64,000 bases of DNA from sequence record OQ363659.1; one strand, 5' to 3'. The position numbers and the translations under genes were made by a program. This document shows, one piece after another, positions 34,571 through 43,297 of this stretch. Under the pieces are notes generated by a model. That model saw only the letters and a program-made list of their open reading frames with translations, was not told the DNA's origin and searched no databases. Position 1 is the first letter of the stretch; every line of letters starts with the position of its first letter.

Positions 34571-35115
34571 TACAAGCCCTCTTCTGATTCCGCATCCACT
34601 TGGTCGTAGGTAATACCCGATAGCACATACATCCCCGTCTTGTTGTCATCCACTCGGAACATCTGGATTTGTTCAACATCTTGGTGGTGTGCATTTAGAT
34701 CTCGTATACCAGGTAGGAGTTGTCTGCCCAACTCGGCACACGCGATAGCCCATTGTGCATTCAAGAACATCATCATGCGCTTGTCTGGATATGGGTTGAT
34801 ATCAGTCACTGGAGGATTCAGTATCCCCGCTAGCGCTTTGAAACGATCTTCCAGATAGAACTCGAACGAACAGTTCTCTGGGCTCAACGTCTTGGGTAAC
34901 GAGAACGCCAAATATTCATTCAAGCATTCGTACAGGATCGTACGGATGGCTTCTTCTTCCATCGGGTATGCGGTGTTGTTCGATGTACCTTCCAGGATAT
35001 TGACCATCTTGTCAATAGCTGGACGAGTGGTGGAGAACGATACCATCACCGCCACATTATCCGGTTGAGGGTGATCTGCTTGGTATACAGGTTGCTGCTG
35101 GTAGAGTGGGATCAT
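34570..35115 (-). CDS. hypothetical protein
   Basis: 181 aa; SD AAGGTG. Confidence 0.75.
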   Translation of the reverse strand: MIPLYQQQPVYQADHPQPDNVAVMVSFSTTRPAIDKMVNILEGTSNNTAYPMEEEAIRTILYECLNEYLAFSLPKTLSPENCSFEFYLEDRFKALAGILNPPVTDINPYPDKRMMMFLNAQWAIACAELGRQLLPGIRDLNAHHQDVEQIQMFRVDDNKTGMYVLSGITYDQVDAESEEGL

Positions 35116-35124
35116 GTTGCACCT

Positions 35125-35601
35125 TTATACGGTTTTCATATCCTGTTTACGACTGCGTACTTTCTTCTCGGGTCGTAAGAACTGATCGATCGTCAGTTTT
35201 GCTATGGCCTCTGGCATTTCGAGTTGCTCGACCGCATTGTCGTACGTGATGAGCAGGTACATGTACTTCTCGTTTACCATCACGGGCAATACCTCGCTCA
35301 ACGTAATGGGTAACTTCGCCCACAGTTTCAATGCGATCGTTAAGAACTCACGTTCATAGGCCAATGCATTCTTGTTATGCTTGGTTAAACGTGGGACGTG
35401 ATGTAACGTCAGGATCTCACCCGTGTTACGGTAATGAGTGTTAGCTTCTAAGATCCATTCGATAACGTCGTCGAGAAATCCACCGGGTCCAACTCCGTTA
35501 TGTGCTGGACGCGCAAAGACACGAGCGAATTGTTTTCTTGCTTTATCATAACCTGGAAACCAGGTTTGCTTATCAAATCGGTATACGGTTGTGAGCTGCA
35601 C
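35125..35601 (-). CDS. hypothetical protein
   Basis: 158 aa; GTG start with SD GGAGGT. Confidence 0.75.
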   Translation of the reverse strand: MQLTTVYRFDKQTWFPGYDKARKQFARVFARPAHNGVGPGGFLDDVIEWILEANTHYRNTGEILTLHHVPRLTKHNKNALAYEREFLTIALKLWAKLPITLSEVLPVMVNEKYMYLLITYDNAVEQLEMPEAIAKLTIDQFLRPEKKVRSRKQDMKTV

Positions 35602-35987
35602 GATACTACCTCCATAGCTTCACGGTAAATGATGTTAACCCATTCGGTGTCCTCTATGGCTTCTACTAACACCAAGTCTTTACCGATGATGTGGGGTGAA
35701 CACTTTTGACATATGCTCTGGACGAGTAGTGTAACTTTACCGTAGAACTCGGTTTCGTCAGCATCAATCCCCATATAGCCGAGTTGCATAGCAATCATCT
35801 CAGCGAACTCGTCAGGGTTGTCCACGTTCTTTTGTATGATCGCATTGGCAATCAGATCTGTGATACGATCACGATCCTCACCTAGTTCTACGAACACATC
35901 CAAATAACACGGATGGTCAAACCCATAGAAGTCCGTTTGCGAGAACATCGCAATTGCGGTCTGTACGGGCACTACATGTTTCGACAT
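35448..35987 (-). CDS. hypothetical protein
   Basis: ATG 35987 with SD GAGGTG; overlaps the downstream gene by 154 nt. Confidence 0.7.
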   Translation of the reverse strand: MSKHVVPVQTAIAMFSQTDFYGFDHPCYLDVFVELGEDRDRITDLIANAIIQKNVDNPDEFAEMIAMQLGYMGIDADETEFYGKVTLLVQSICQKCSPHIIGKDLVLVEAIEDTEWVNIIYREAMEVVSCSSQPYTDLISKPGFQVMIKQENNSLVSLRVQHITELDPVDFSTTLSNGS

Positions 35988-36006
35988 TTCCACCTCACGG
36001 CATAAA

Positions 36007-36021
36007 GCCCCGAAGTGGGGC
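36007..36021 (-). terminator. weak hairpin with TTTATGCCGT exit
   Basis: GCCCC-ACTTC-GGGGC then TTTATGCCGT. Confidence 0.5.
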
Positions 36022-36022
36022 C

Positions 36023-36949
36023 TTACATGTTTTCGAGTAGGTACTTCTCAGCACGGATACGATCCGCTTCCGGCAGGTAATCACCACGCATCAGTTGCTT
36101 GGCGAGTTCTGCATCGGTATCCACTTCCACTTTCTCTTCTTTGTCTGCGACGATGGTCAGCGACAACTGAGATTCAGTGAAGTTGCAATCATGTTTCGCA
36201 CCATCACAGATGTATTGGCCGAACGAAGCGATGTTGAAGGTTTTAAACACTTCACGCAGGTATTGGTCCAACCACTTGGTCAAGTCTGGGATGCCGTAAG
36301 CCGCCGCCATGTCGTAATTGATTTGTTCTTGGAACTTATCAATCCGATGGAGTTGTGGGAACATGTCCATCACTGCTTTTACGATCATTGCCCACAGTTG
36401 CGACGCTGGGTATGGACCGAAGTTCTTTTCGAACTCTTTCTGGAACTCTTCGTAGACACGGGAAAGATCCAATGTGATGTACTGATCTTCTTGGGCATCT
36501 TGTAGCATTTCCCAATGCAGCAGTCGGCGATCACCGATCTCTGCCAGTACGATAGCGCTACCAGTATTGATGACTTCCCAGGTATTATACGACGAGTATT
36601 TCTCGTGCGCATTGATCTGATGCTTGATGTCATCGAAGATGGTATTGATGACGTCATGTTTAAAGATTCGTTCGATAAACTTGACTTGTCGGTGTAGCAC
36701 TTGCCCTGGTGTCAGGCCAAACAGGATCGATGCACGCACAACATCCCAGTCAGTTGCGTTGACATGAAGGCTTTTGTCTTTGAACTCCATGATCTCAGCG
36801 ACAATGGATTGCACCATGTTCAATGCCATTACTTTGGTTGGTTGGACTATGCCGACCAAAGGTTGATGCTGGTGATAATGCGAGAGGTAATCGAGGATTA
36901 CTTTGACTTGATGTCGAGTATCCAACATTACTAACTTCTTGTCCGACAT
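36023..36949 (-). CDS. conserved hypothetical protein (possibly two-domain)
   Basis: 308 aa; SD GGAG. Confidence 0.8.
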   Translation of the reverse strand: MSDKKLVMLDTRHQVKVILDYLSHYHQHQPLVGIVQPTKVMALNMVQSIVAEIMEFKDKSLHVNATDWDVVRASILFGLTPGQVLHRQVKFIERIFKHDVINTIFDDIKHQINAHEKYSSYNTWEVINTGSAIVLAEIGDRRLLHWEMLQDAQEDQYITLDLSRVYEEFQKEFEKNFGPYPASQLWAMIVKAVMDMFPQLHRIDKFQEQINYDMAAAYGIPDLTKWLDQYLREVFKTFNIASFGQYICDGAKHDCNFTESQLSLTIVADKEEKVEVDTDAELAKQLMRGDYLPEADRIRAEKYLLENM

Positions 36950-36960
36950 GGTGTCTCCGA

Positions 36961-37347
36961 TTAATTGGTTTGTGCGTATAGATAGATCACTCCGCCTTGA
37001 CGTGCGTAATTGACCATCGTCCCGGCGTACGTGTTGCCGAATGCTCTAAGCATCAGCCACAGTTCACGTCGAGCTTTGTCGTTCATATTGAACCAGGTTA
37101 TTTCTTGCGGGGTTACGCGAGACGGATTGAAGTCCGCGATGATTACTTCTTGGAACGAGTTGATCGTGTAGCAAAACCAGTCGTCAACCAACGAGTCCCA
37201 ATAGGGATTCGGTTCGGTTATACGCTCGTTGTGGTGATGGTAACGGATCGCACGAGAGATCACTAACTGAGAACTGGGATGTTCTCTGAGCAATCCCATG
37301 AGATGCGAAATGTCCCAACACAAAACATCACCCTGCTTAACGTACAT
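36961..37347 (-). CDS. hypothetical protein
   Basis: 128 aa; SD AAGGGG; early promoter upstream. Confidence 0.7.
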   Translation of the reverse strand: MYVKQGDVLCWDISHLMGLLREHPSSQLVISRAIRYHHHNERITEPNPYWDSLVDDWFCYTINSFQEVIIADFNPSRVTPQEITWFNMNDKARRELWLMLRAFGNTYAGTMVNYARQGGVIYLYAQTN

Positions 37348-37377
37348 TACTGTACCCCTTCTATATTACACATTTCG

Positions 37378-37397
37378 ATAATATAGATTTGAAATTT
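37378..37397 (-). promoter_or_regulatory. early-type promoter
   Basis: minus strand AAATTTCAAATCTATATTAT; part of dyad CTATATTA-N10-TAATATAG (37361-37386). Confidence 0.65.
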
Positions 37398-37502
37398 GAT
37401 CTATTTAAGCTAATCGTTTGTAAGCCCCTCTGTATATTATACCGACCTCAGGTATTCCTTTATAGAGAAACCTTCTAAAAACCGCTTTGTAGGACGTCTG
37501 AG

Positions 37503-38315
37503 ATGAACGCCATTACCAAAGCCCTATCCGATCTCAAGTTTAAGATCCCTCCACAGATCTTGAACGATGCTTTTCGTAACAAAGACATGTATGCAGCTGA
37601 GTCTACATGTGGTGCAGCGATCTCTTTAGAGACGCGCATTCGAGAAGCAGTGATCGAAGGGCGCATCATGCCTGACATCGATTTGATCGGTGGCACTAAA
37701 ACTTACATTCCACTGGACTTCCCAGTGAAGCAGGAATACGTTGATCCATACACGATCATCTATTACATTCCTGACGAGTACACACAACAGCGTCCTATCG
37801 TGCAAGTGTTCGATATCCACTTCGGTATCCTCGGGTATCAGAACTCTGGATACGCCATGCACTATAACGAATCTGTGATGGGTGCTGAAACACGCAAGGT
37901 GTTAGATGCTGCTCGCCGTATTCCGGTAGCGCAAACATCCTACATCAACTTGATCAACCACAACACGATCATGGTTCGCTATGTTTACGTTCCTTCTCCT
38001 GCTGCTTATCTGTCTTGTCGTCTAGGTAACGATGATGAACTGTTGAATATCCGTCCACAAGCTATCCCGGCTTTCTCTAAGCTCGTGGAGTACGCTGTGA
38101 AGTCCTATATCTACAACACCACGTATGTAGAGATGGGTGATGCTCAATTGCGGTATGGTCAAGAACTCGGTGTCTATAAAGACAAGATCTATGAATGGTC
38201 TGAATCAGAGGAACTGTACGAAGAGCAACTCAAGAAGTGGCGGAAGATCTCTCGTAACTTCAACGACCCTGAAGGCAACCGTCATCACATCCGTACGATC
38301 ATGGCTGCCCCGTAA
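37503..38315 (+). CDS. conserved virion protein (phiKZ gp42 position)
   Basis: 270 aa isolated plus-strand gene; N-terminus [16 protein letters not shown] typical of this family. Confidence 0.7.
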   Translation: MNAITKALSDLKFKIPPQILNDAFRNKDMYAAESTCGAAISLETRIREAVIEGRIMPDIDLIGGTKTYIPLDFPVKQEYVDPYTIIYYIPDEYTQQRPIVQVFDIHFGILGYQNSGYAMHYNESVMGAETRKVLDAARRIPVAQTSYINLINHNTIMVRYVYVPSPAAYLSCRLGNDDELLNIRPQAIPAFSKLVEYAVKSYIYNTTYVEMGDAQLRYGQELGVYKDKIYEWSESEELYEEQLKKWRKISRNFNDPEGNRHHIRTIMAAP

Positions 38316-38337
38316 ACAAAAAAAAGAAACGACATAA

Positions 38338-38357
38338 GGCTACCCCGAAGGGTAGCC
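38338..38357. terminator. bidirectional hairpin terminator
   Basis: GGCTACCC-CGAA-GGGTAGCC, identical to 2883; TTATGYYGT exits on both strands. Confidence 0.85.
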
Positions 38358-38366
38358 GTTATGCTG

Positions 38367-38675
38367 TTATTCGCTCAGGAACTGTTGCTTACACTTTTCG
38401 ATCTGTGCATTAGATGCTACACCCACTTGACCAGCAGCAGTGCGAATACAGGAACGGAACTGTGATTCCTTTTCCTCACGTATGATGCGGGTAGCTTGGT
38501 TGGCCAGGCTTTCTGCTCGGAACTCTTTATTGCGTTGGGCCATGTAATGCGGTGCTACAGAGAGTCCGTAGTATACTGACAGGATCATGATACCTACGAT
38601 ACCCCAGATGATCCACTTGACCAAACGACGCATTGGGTTCTTGGCTGCGCGTGCTTCCCAACCTGCTTCTCTCAC
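38367..38675 (-). CDS. single-TM membrane protein with 2-Cys soluble domain
   Basis: GTG start 38675 (SD AGAGGG; GTGA overlap), 102 aa; paralogous to the upstream gene. Confidence 0.7.
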   Translation of the reverse strand: MREAGWEARAAKNPMRRLVKWIIWGIVGIMILSVYYGLSVAPHYMAQRNKEFRAESLANQATRIIREEKESQFRSCIRTAAGQVGVASNAQIEKCKQQFLSE

Positions 38676-38953
38676 TGTACTTCCCTCTGAATGTATTCTA
38701 CTTTGCATTTGGCAATCTGTTCTTGGTCATGGTTCGCTTCACGCAAACACCAACGCAGATCAGTTTCACTTTGTTCTCGGATTATCCTGGCTGCTTTTTC
38801 ATCGGCCCGTCGTTCCGGTGAGTACTTTTCGATTATCGCTGAACCCAATATGAAAGAGAAGCCCGCAAAGAATATACCGACCAATACAATCTTGACGGCT
38901 GCATCAAAACGAGTCTTGCTTGGTTTAAGCGGGTTGTTGAATCTGATGCTCAT
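38672..38953 (-). CDS. single-TM membrane protein with 2-Cys soluble domain
   Basis: ATG 38953 (SD GGAG), 93 aa; shares A.RIIRE...R.C.R.A...QI.KCK with the next gene. Confidence 0.7.
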   Translation of the reverse strand: MSIRFNNPLKPSKTRFDAAVKIVLVGIFFAGFSFILGSAIIEKYSPERRADEKAARIIREQSETDLRWCLREANHDQEQIAKCKVEYIQREVQ

Positions 38954-39428
38954 GTTTGCTCCATTTGAATACAATTCCCCAGCCCGGACGTTGTACACGA
39001 CATTGGACCAGAGGCTTCTTGCGAATGAACTTGCATTCTTCGGTTAAGATGGTTGTAGTTCGATAGGTAGGGTCGCTATCAGTTAGGAAATAGAATTGGT
39101 CTTTCAGGTCTTCCACCTTGGCAGTTTGCACGGGGAATAAATACCCGTTCCCAATAACGTACCAACGATTGTACTGCCGTCTTCTGAGTCTTTCCTCGAT
39201 AACAGGTTGTGAACGAAACCGAGGTATACGCACTCGCATGCCATTGACTGAACGCCACACGTCTACGATGTCATAGTGAACCAATCCACCTTGTTCAAAG
39301 GCGAATACGAAACCGTCCACTTTGTCAGGGAAACGTGTAGCGTGCTTCAGTACCATGGTAATAGGCGAATGACCCAGTCTCAGATCGGCAGCAACTAAAG
39401 CATCTTGTCGCTGCATCTCTTTTGACAC
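38925..39428 (-). CDS. hypothetical protein
   Basis: 167 aa; GTG start with SD GAGGTG. Confidence 0.7.
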   Translation of the reverse strand: MSKEMQRQDALVAADLRLGHSPITMVLKHATRFPDKVDGFVFAFEQGGLVHYDIVDVWRSVNGMRVRIPRFRSQPVIEERLRRRQYNRWYVIGNGYLFPVQTAKVEDLKDQFYFLTDSDPTYRTTTILTEECKFIRKKPLVQCRVQRPGWGIVFKWSKHEHQIQQPA

Positions 39429-39431
39429 AAA

Positions 39432-40172
39432 TCACCTCACTGGGAGTGGATGTACTTGTTTGCCAGTTGTCATCAAGTCGTAATGGGTAATACTCAACTG
39501 ACGCTGAACCCACTTGTTAGCTAGCGTGACATTGCCAGTACATGGTCGAGATACATCCAACAACCGACCGCACTTATCTGCTAGGTACAAAGCTACGGCA
39601 CAACTACGACTGACGCCCGCATGGCAATGAACGATGATGTCGTGATCTTTGTAACGAGCTTCGAACTCTAGGATCTTACGAGCATCATGCCAATCGAATT
39701 GTACGAAGGTTTTATCCAGATCTTCGATAGCCACGTTATCGGGGATATCATGGCATTCGATTCGCAACACATCAACTGGGTTGTTATGGAACGTTGGGAT
39801 ATCTTCACCCGGATCACCGATGGAAATAATCGCACCAGGACGATCTTCCAAAGTAATCCAGTCTTTCGACATCCAGGTAACTGTTTTCAATGTGCTTAAA
39901 TTCCTTTTGAAGAAAGGAAGCTCACGCCAACTGTTAACTCCTTCCAGAGCTTCGCTATCGTAATGCTTCCCTTCACTGTAAATCCAGACATGTCCGCCTG
40001 GCCAAGATCCATGATCCCAGCAGACGAAGTTATCCGTACCAATAATGTCGCCCTTAGGGAAAAGGGGGAGGAATGATTGGGCGAATCGCTCACATCCACC
40101 GGAATTAACTGCTTGGGCATTTTCATACCCTTGCAATTTAATCCAGCGGTCTGCTAGTTCTTTGGGAATCAT
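39432..40172 (-). CDS. CX5R (dual-specificity/tyrosine) phosphatase fused to an N-terminal Cys-His-Asp-type domain
   Basis: HCHAGVSRS P-loop with upstream acid loop CHDI; N-terminal NSGGCERFA...GHVW...HYDSE. Confidence 0.8.
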   Translation of the reverse strand: MIPKELADRWIKLQGYENAQAVNSGGCERFAQSFLPLFPKGDIIGTDNFVCWDHGSWPGGHVWIYSEGKHYDSEALEGVNSWRELPFFKRNLSTLKTVTWMSKDWITLEDRPGAIISIGDPGEDIPTFHNNPVDVLRIECHDIPDNVAIEDLDKTFVQFDWHDARKILEFEARYKDHDIIVHCHAGVSRSCAVALYLADKCGRLLDVSRPCTGNVTLANKWVQRQLSITHYDLMTTGKQVHPLPVR

Positions 40173-40198
40173 GGGTTACCTCAAAAAAGAAAATAAAG

Positions 40199-40216
40199 GG
40201 AGGGCCGAAGCCCTCC
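40199..40216 (-). terminator. terminator after phuZ
   Basis: GGAGGGC-TTCG-GCCCTCC then CTTTATTTTCTTTTTT; same stem as 5933. Confidence 0.85.
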
Positions 40217-40222
40217 ACATTA

Positions 40223-41170
40223 TCAGTCAGCTACGAAACCATCTTCGGTCAGTGCATCGTCAGCAACACTGACGACAGACTTGCGTTGACGGAAACCGGA
40301 TTGGACGGTAGTGATCTTCACACGGGCGTCTTCGAGTTCTTCGAAGATCGCTGCGATACCCACCGAGTTCAGAACGAAGTGGAGTTGATCACCAGGCATC
40401 TTGGCTTCATTCGAAGTGATACCAACAGTGCGCACGAATGCATGACCGAACGGAATGTTCTTGTCGGCATCGGTGTACAGCGAAGCGATGGAGATAGGCT
40501 CCAGGATTGCAGCAGCTTCGGCACGGGTTTGCGAAACATGCAGTTGTACCAGCTGAGGCTGGACAGCGCAAACGTTTTGGTATTGCAGCCAGTTGATGAT
40601 GTCTTTGGTATCCAGACGACCGTTGGTTTGGTCGGTCAGGGCGATCAGAGCATCCAGCAGGAAGATGACTTCGTTGTCAGCTTCGCCTTCGCCGTTGACG
40701 TTCGATACCCAAGCCAGAGCAACAGGTTGCTTGGTCTTCTGGGAAACTACTTCCAGGTTTTTCACCATGTTAGTAGTGTTACGGATACGACGAGTTACGT
40801 CCATACCCGATACGCCGATGATAATCGTCGGCAGCTTCTGAGCCAGCAGTTTGGTTGCGAGTTGAACGGCAATTGCAGCACCGCTACCGCCACCAGCACC
40901 AACTACGATGATGTTCACAGCACCGGGTTCGAACTTGTTCAGCATTTCATCAGCATGTGCCCGAGCAAAAGGCATCATGTAAGACTGGTCACCACCAGCA
41001 CCATCAGTGCCAGGAATCAGGTAGATCCGATCTTTGTCGATTTTCTTGTCTTTCAGGTTTGCATCCGAGGAATCCAGGAAACACACGTGCTCGCCAGTTG
41101 CACCGTAGAGGTTACCGATGTTGAAGCCAGTACCACCACAGAAGTAAATGCGAGTCTTGATATCGAACAT
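40223..41170 (-). CDS. phuZ: phage tubulin PhuZ
   Basis: 315 aa; CGGTG (T1), TDGAGG (T3), GGGSG tubulin signature (T4), DTKD (T7) and acidic C-terminal tail. Confidence 0.93.
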   Translation of the reverse strand: MFDIKTRIYFCGGTGFNIGNLYGATGEHVCFLDSSDANLKDKKIDKDRIYLIPGTDGAGGDQSYMMPFARAHADEMLNKFEPGAVNIIVVGAGGGSGAAIAVQLATKLLAQKLPTIIIGVSGMDVTRRIRNTTNMVKNLEVVSQKTKQPVALAWVSNVNGEGEADNEVIFLLDALIALTDQTNGRLDTKDIINWLQYQNVCAVQPQLVQLHVSQTRAEAAAILEPISIASLYTDADKNIPFGHAFVRTVGITSNEAKMPGDQLHFVLNSVGIAAIFEELEDARVKITTVQSGFRQRKSVVSVADDALTEDGFVAD

Positions 41171-41204
41171 GCTTGCTACCTTTCAGAAATGATTTGCGTC
41201 AGTG

Positions 41205-41214
41205 TTACATACTA
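41205..41214 (-). promoter_or_regulatory. putative TATG-type promoter TAGTATGTAA upstream of phuZ
   Basis: identical 10-mer at 46341-46350; both lie 35 nt from their ATG. Confidence 0.5.
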
Positions 41215-41231
41215 CCTAGGCAGGCAGTAAT

Positions 41232-42008
41232 TTAATTCGAGAAGTGATGGTTCTGCACGACCACTTGTACAGCGTGACCACCTTGGGAGCGCAGCAGGTG
41301 ACCAGTGTATTCACGTTTCCAACCTTCTTGCGTTTCGGACTGAGTCATCGAAGTAACCCGAGCCAAACCGAAACCATCAACTTGTTTCAGCCATTCACTA
41401 ACCATCGGTTCACCCCACCATACCTTACCTTCAATTGCAGACAGGGTAATGGTACGAACAGGACGACCGTTGAGTTCAGCAGCACCGACATAAGTCAGTT
41501 GACCTTCTTCGAAACCTGGAGTGTAGTAGATACCTTCCAGTGGACCACGATTACCTTTCTTGTGAACAACGATTGCACCTTCAGGCATGTAGTCAGTTGG
41601 GGAGTAAACCACCAACAGAGACGAACCCGTGTAACCATCACCACCGGCTTTGTAGTATTCACAACGAACCATGTCACCTTGTTCATGTGCATGCCACATA
41701 CACGATGCTTTCACATACCCAGCACCACGCAGCAGTTCATCGATCTTGATGCAAGCAGCTTTACGTTCGATGTAACGATCACCTTGCTGATCATCCCGTT
41801 CACGGAACCCATCAAAGATCAATGCTGGAGCTACGGTATCGATACGACCACGAGTCGACATCTCGATGTTGTATTCCAAAGCAAAGAAGGAAACGTTTTC
41901 ACTGGCATCACACATACCGAACATTTGATTACGGTAGATGGAAGTGATCTCGTGGGTGTTAGGTACGGTTCTCAACAGAGAACGCAGTTCACTCAGCTGC
42001 ATCAACAT
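41232..42008 (-). CDS. hypothetical protein
   Basis: 258 aa; SD AAGGA. Confidence 0.75.
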   Translation of the reverse strand: MLMQLSELRSLLRTVPNTHEITSIYRNQMFGMCDASENVSFFALEYNIEMSTRGRIDTVAPALIFDGFRERDDQQGDRYIERKAACIKIDELLRGAGYVKASCMWHAHEQGDMVRCEYYKAGGDGYTGSSLLVVYSPTDYMPEGAIVVHKKGNRGPLEGIYYTPGFEEGQLTYVGAAELNGRPVRTITLSAIEGKVWWGEPMVSEWLKQVDGFGLARVTSMTQSETQEGWKREYTGHLLRSQGGHAVQVVVQNHHFSN

Positions 42009-42138
42009 CTTCCTTTTGTGGAACGTAGATCAGGAATGCGGAACGGTCACCTTTGCAGGAGACATGGAGTACCAAATCGAAACCACGTTCGATTGCTTGT
42101 TGCATCGAATCGTTACTGTAACCACATTGCAGAGACAT
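41989..42138 (-). CDS. small hypothetical protein (49 aa, not in ORF track)
   Basis: MSLQCGYSNDSMQQAIERGFDLVLHVSCKGDRSAFLIYVPQKEDVDAAE; SD GAGGA. Confidence 0.5.
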   Translation of the reverse strand: MSLQCGYSNDSMQQAIERGFDLVLHVSCKGDRSAFLIYVPQKEDVDAAE

Positions 42139-42149
42139 CAGTTTTCCTC

Positions 42150-42322
42150 TTGATTAATTTAAAGGGGGGGGGTCTAAATAATAATGAAATAGTATATGGG
42201 ACCCCCCCAAAGGGTCCCCCCCACATACTATTACTATTTATATACATTTTTCTTTTAAGAAAAAGCTTTTAAATAGTTTATCTACTTCTGTCGAAGTACT
42301 ACTTGTTTTTAACCAAAACTAG
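42150..42322. other. AT-rich non-coding region with G9 tract and GGGACCCCCCC/GGGTCCCCCCC element
   Basis: no ORF; G9 at 42164-42172; hairpin GGGACCC-CCCCAAA-GGGTCCC at 42198-42218. Confidence 0.6.
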
Positions 42323-42553
42323 TTAGGCGGCGCGGCGGCGCATTTCATACAACTCTCGCTCTCGCCAACCTCTGGCGTAAGCGCGAAGTTCTTTTTGCCG
42401 TCTCACGTGAGCACGTGCTTTACAGATCCACAACTTAGGATTGTTGAGGACCATCTGTTGCGCTACCCATTCATCGATCTTCTGATCATGCGCGATGATC
42501 GCTAACCGAGACATGAGGTACTGCCGCAGATCCCGGTTGATCTTGTTTGCCAT
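42323..42553 (-). CDS. small basic hypothetical protein
   Basis: 76 aa; SD GGGG. Confidence 0.6.
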   Translation of the reverse strand: MANKINRDLRQYLMSRLAIIAHDQKIDEWVAQQMVLNNPKLWICKARAHVRRQKELRAYARGWRERELYEMRRRAA

Positions 42554-43097
42554 CAGCCCATCCCCAAAGGTTAGCTACGAACTTTGTGTTCTCTGCCCAT
42601 TGTTGACAATCAGCGTCAGTAAAGTCGGCCAGTGATTTCGTACGCATCGGTTTAACCAACACGTCTTCTAGTTTCTGCTCGCCCAGTGTTGTGAGGTAAT
42701 CAGAGAACTTATCTTGCGCTTCGAGTTCTTCTGGTGTCAGTGGTCGAGATTTACCTTGTAGATCATCGATCTGATAAATCTTGTAAACCTTTTCGCCATC
42801 TGGGTAAGATTGGCGATGTTTGCCCCGCTGGGCCATCAAGTAAGAAGGTGTCTTCGGATGCTCTACGACAACGTGGAATTCATTGTCTTCGAAAGCCGTA
42901 CCAAATACATCACCCCACCTGAAGCCAGCTCGACTACGGAAATCTTCGAGGGCTTCTTCGATAGCCTTAGGGTCATATGTTCGATTGTTAATAGAATCTG
43001 CACCGCACTGCCATGCGATGTTGGCAATGAAGCGTTTACGCGTTACAATCCCACGGTACTTCTTACGGAGATAACGGAAGCGTCCTTTAGAGATCAT
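42486..43097 (-). CDS. hypothetical protein
   Basis: 203 aa; ATGA coupling; N-terminal ISKGRFRYLR. Confidence 0.7.
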   Translation of the reverse strand: MISKGRFRYLRKKYRGIVTRKRFIANIAWQCGADSINNRTYDPKAIEEALEDFRSRAGFRWGDVFGTAFEDNEFHVVVEHPKTPSYLMAQRGKHRQSYPDGEKVYKIYQIDDLQGKSRPLTPEELEAQDKFSDYLTTLGEQKLEDVLVKPMRTKSLADFTDADCQQWAENTKFVANLWGWADGKQDQPGSAAVPHVSVSDHRA

Positions 43098-43297
43098 CCG
43101 AGTGCCTCGATCATTTCTTTGGTCAGGGGCTGATGACGCATGACGATACGCTCACCGACTTTGAGAGGCTCACCCATGATCTCTTCCCACTGCTTACGGT
43201 TAGAAGCAGTGATCTTGAAATAGCGTGGAGCAAAAGCGGCAGCGTAAGCTACCAGGTCACGCAGGTAACGAAACTTACCACGACTGATACGTGCCAT
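43094..43297 (-). CDS. small hypothetical protein
   Basis: start revised to ATG 43297 (SD AAGGA; TAATG), 67 aa; N-terminal ISRGKFRYLR. Confidence 0.65.
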   Translation of the reverse strand: MARISRGKFRYLRDLVAYAAAFAPRYFKITASNRKQWEEIMGEPLKVGERIVMRHQPLTKEMIEALG

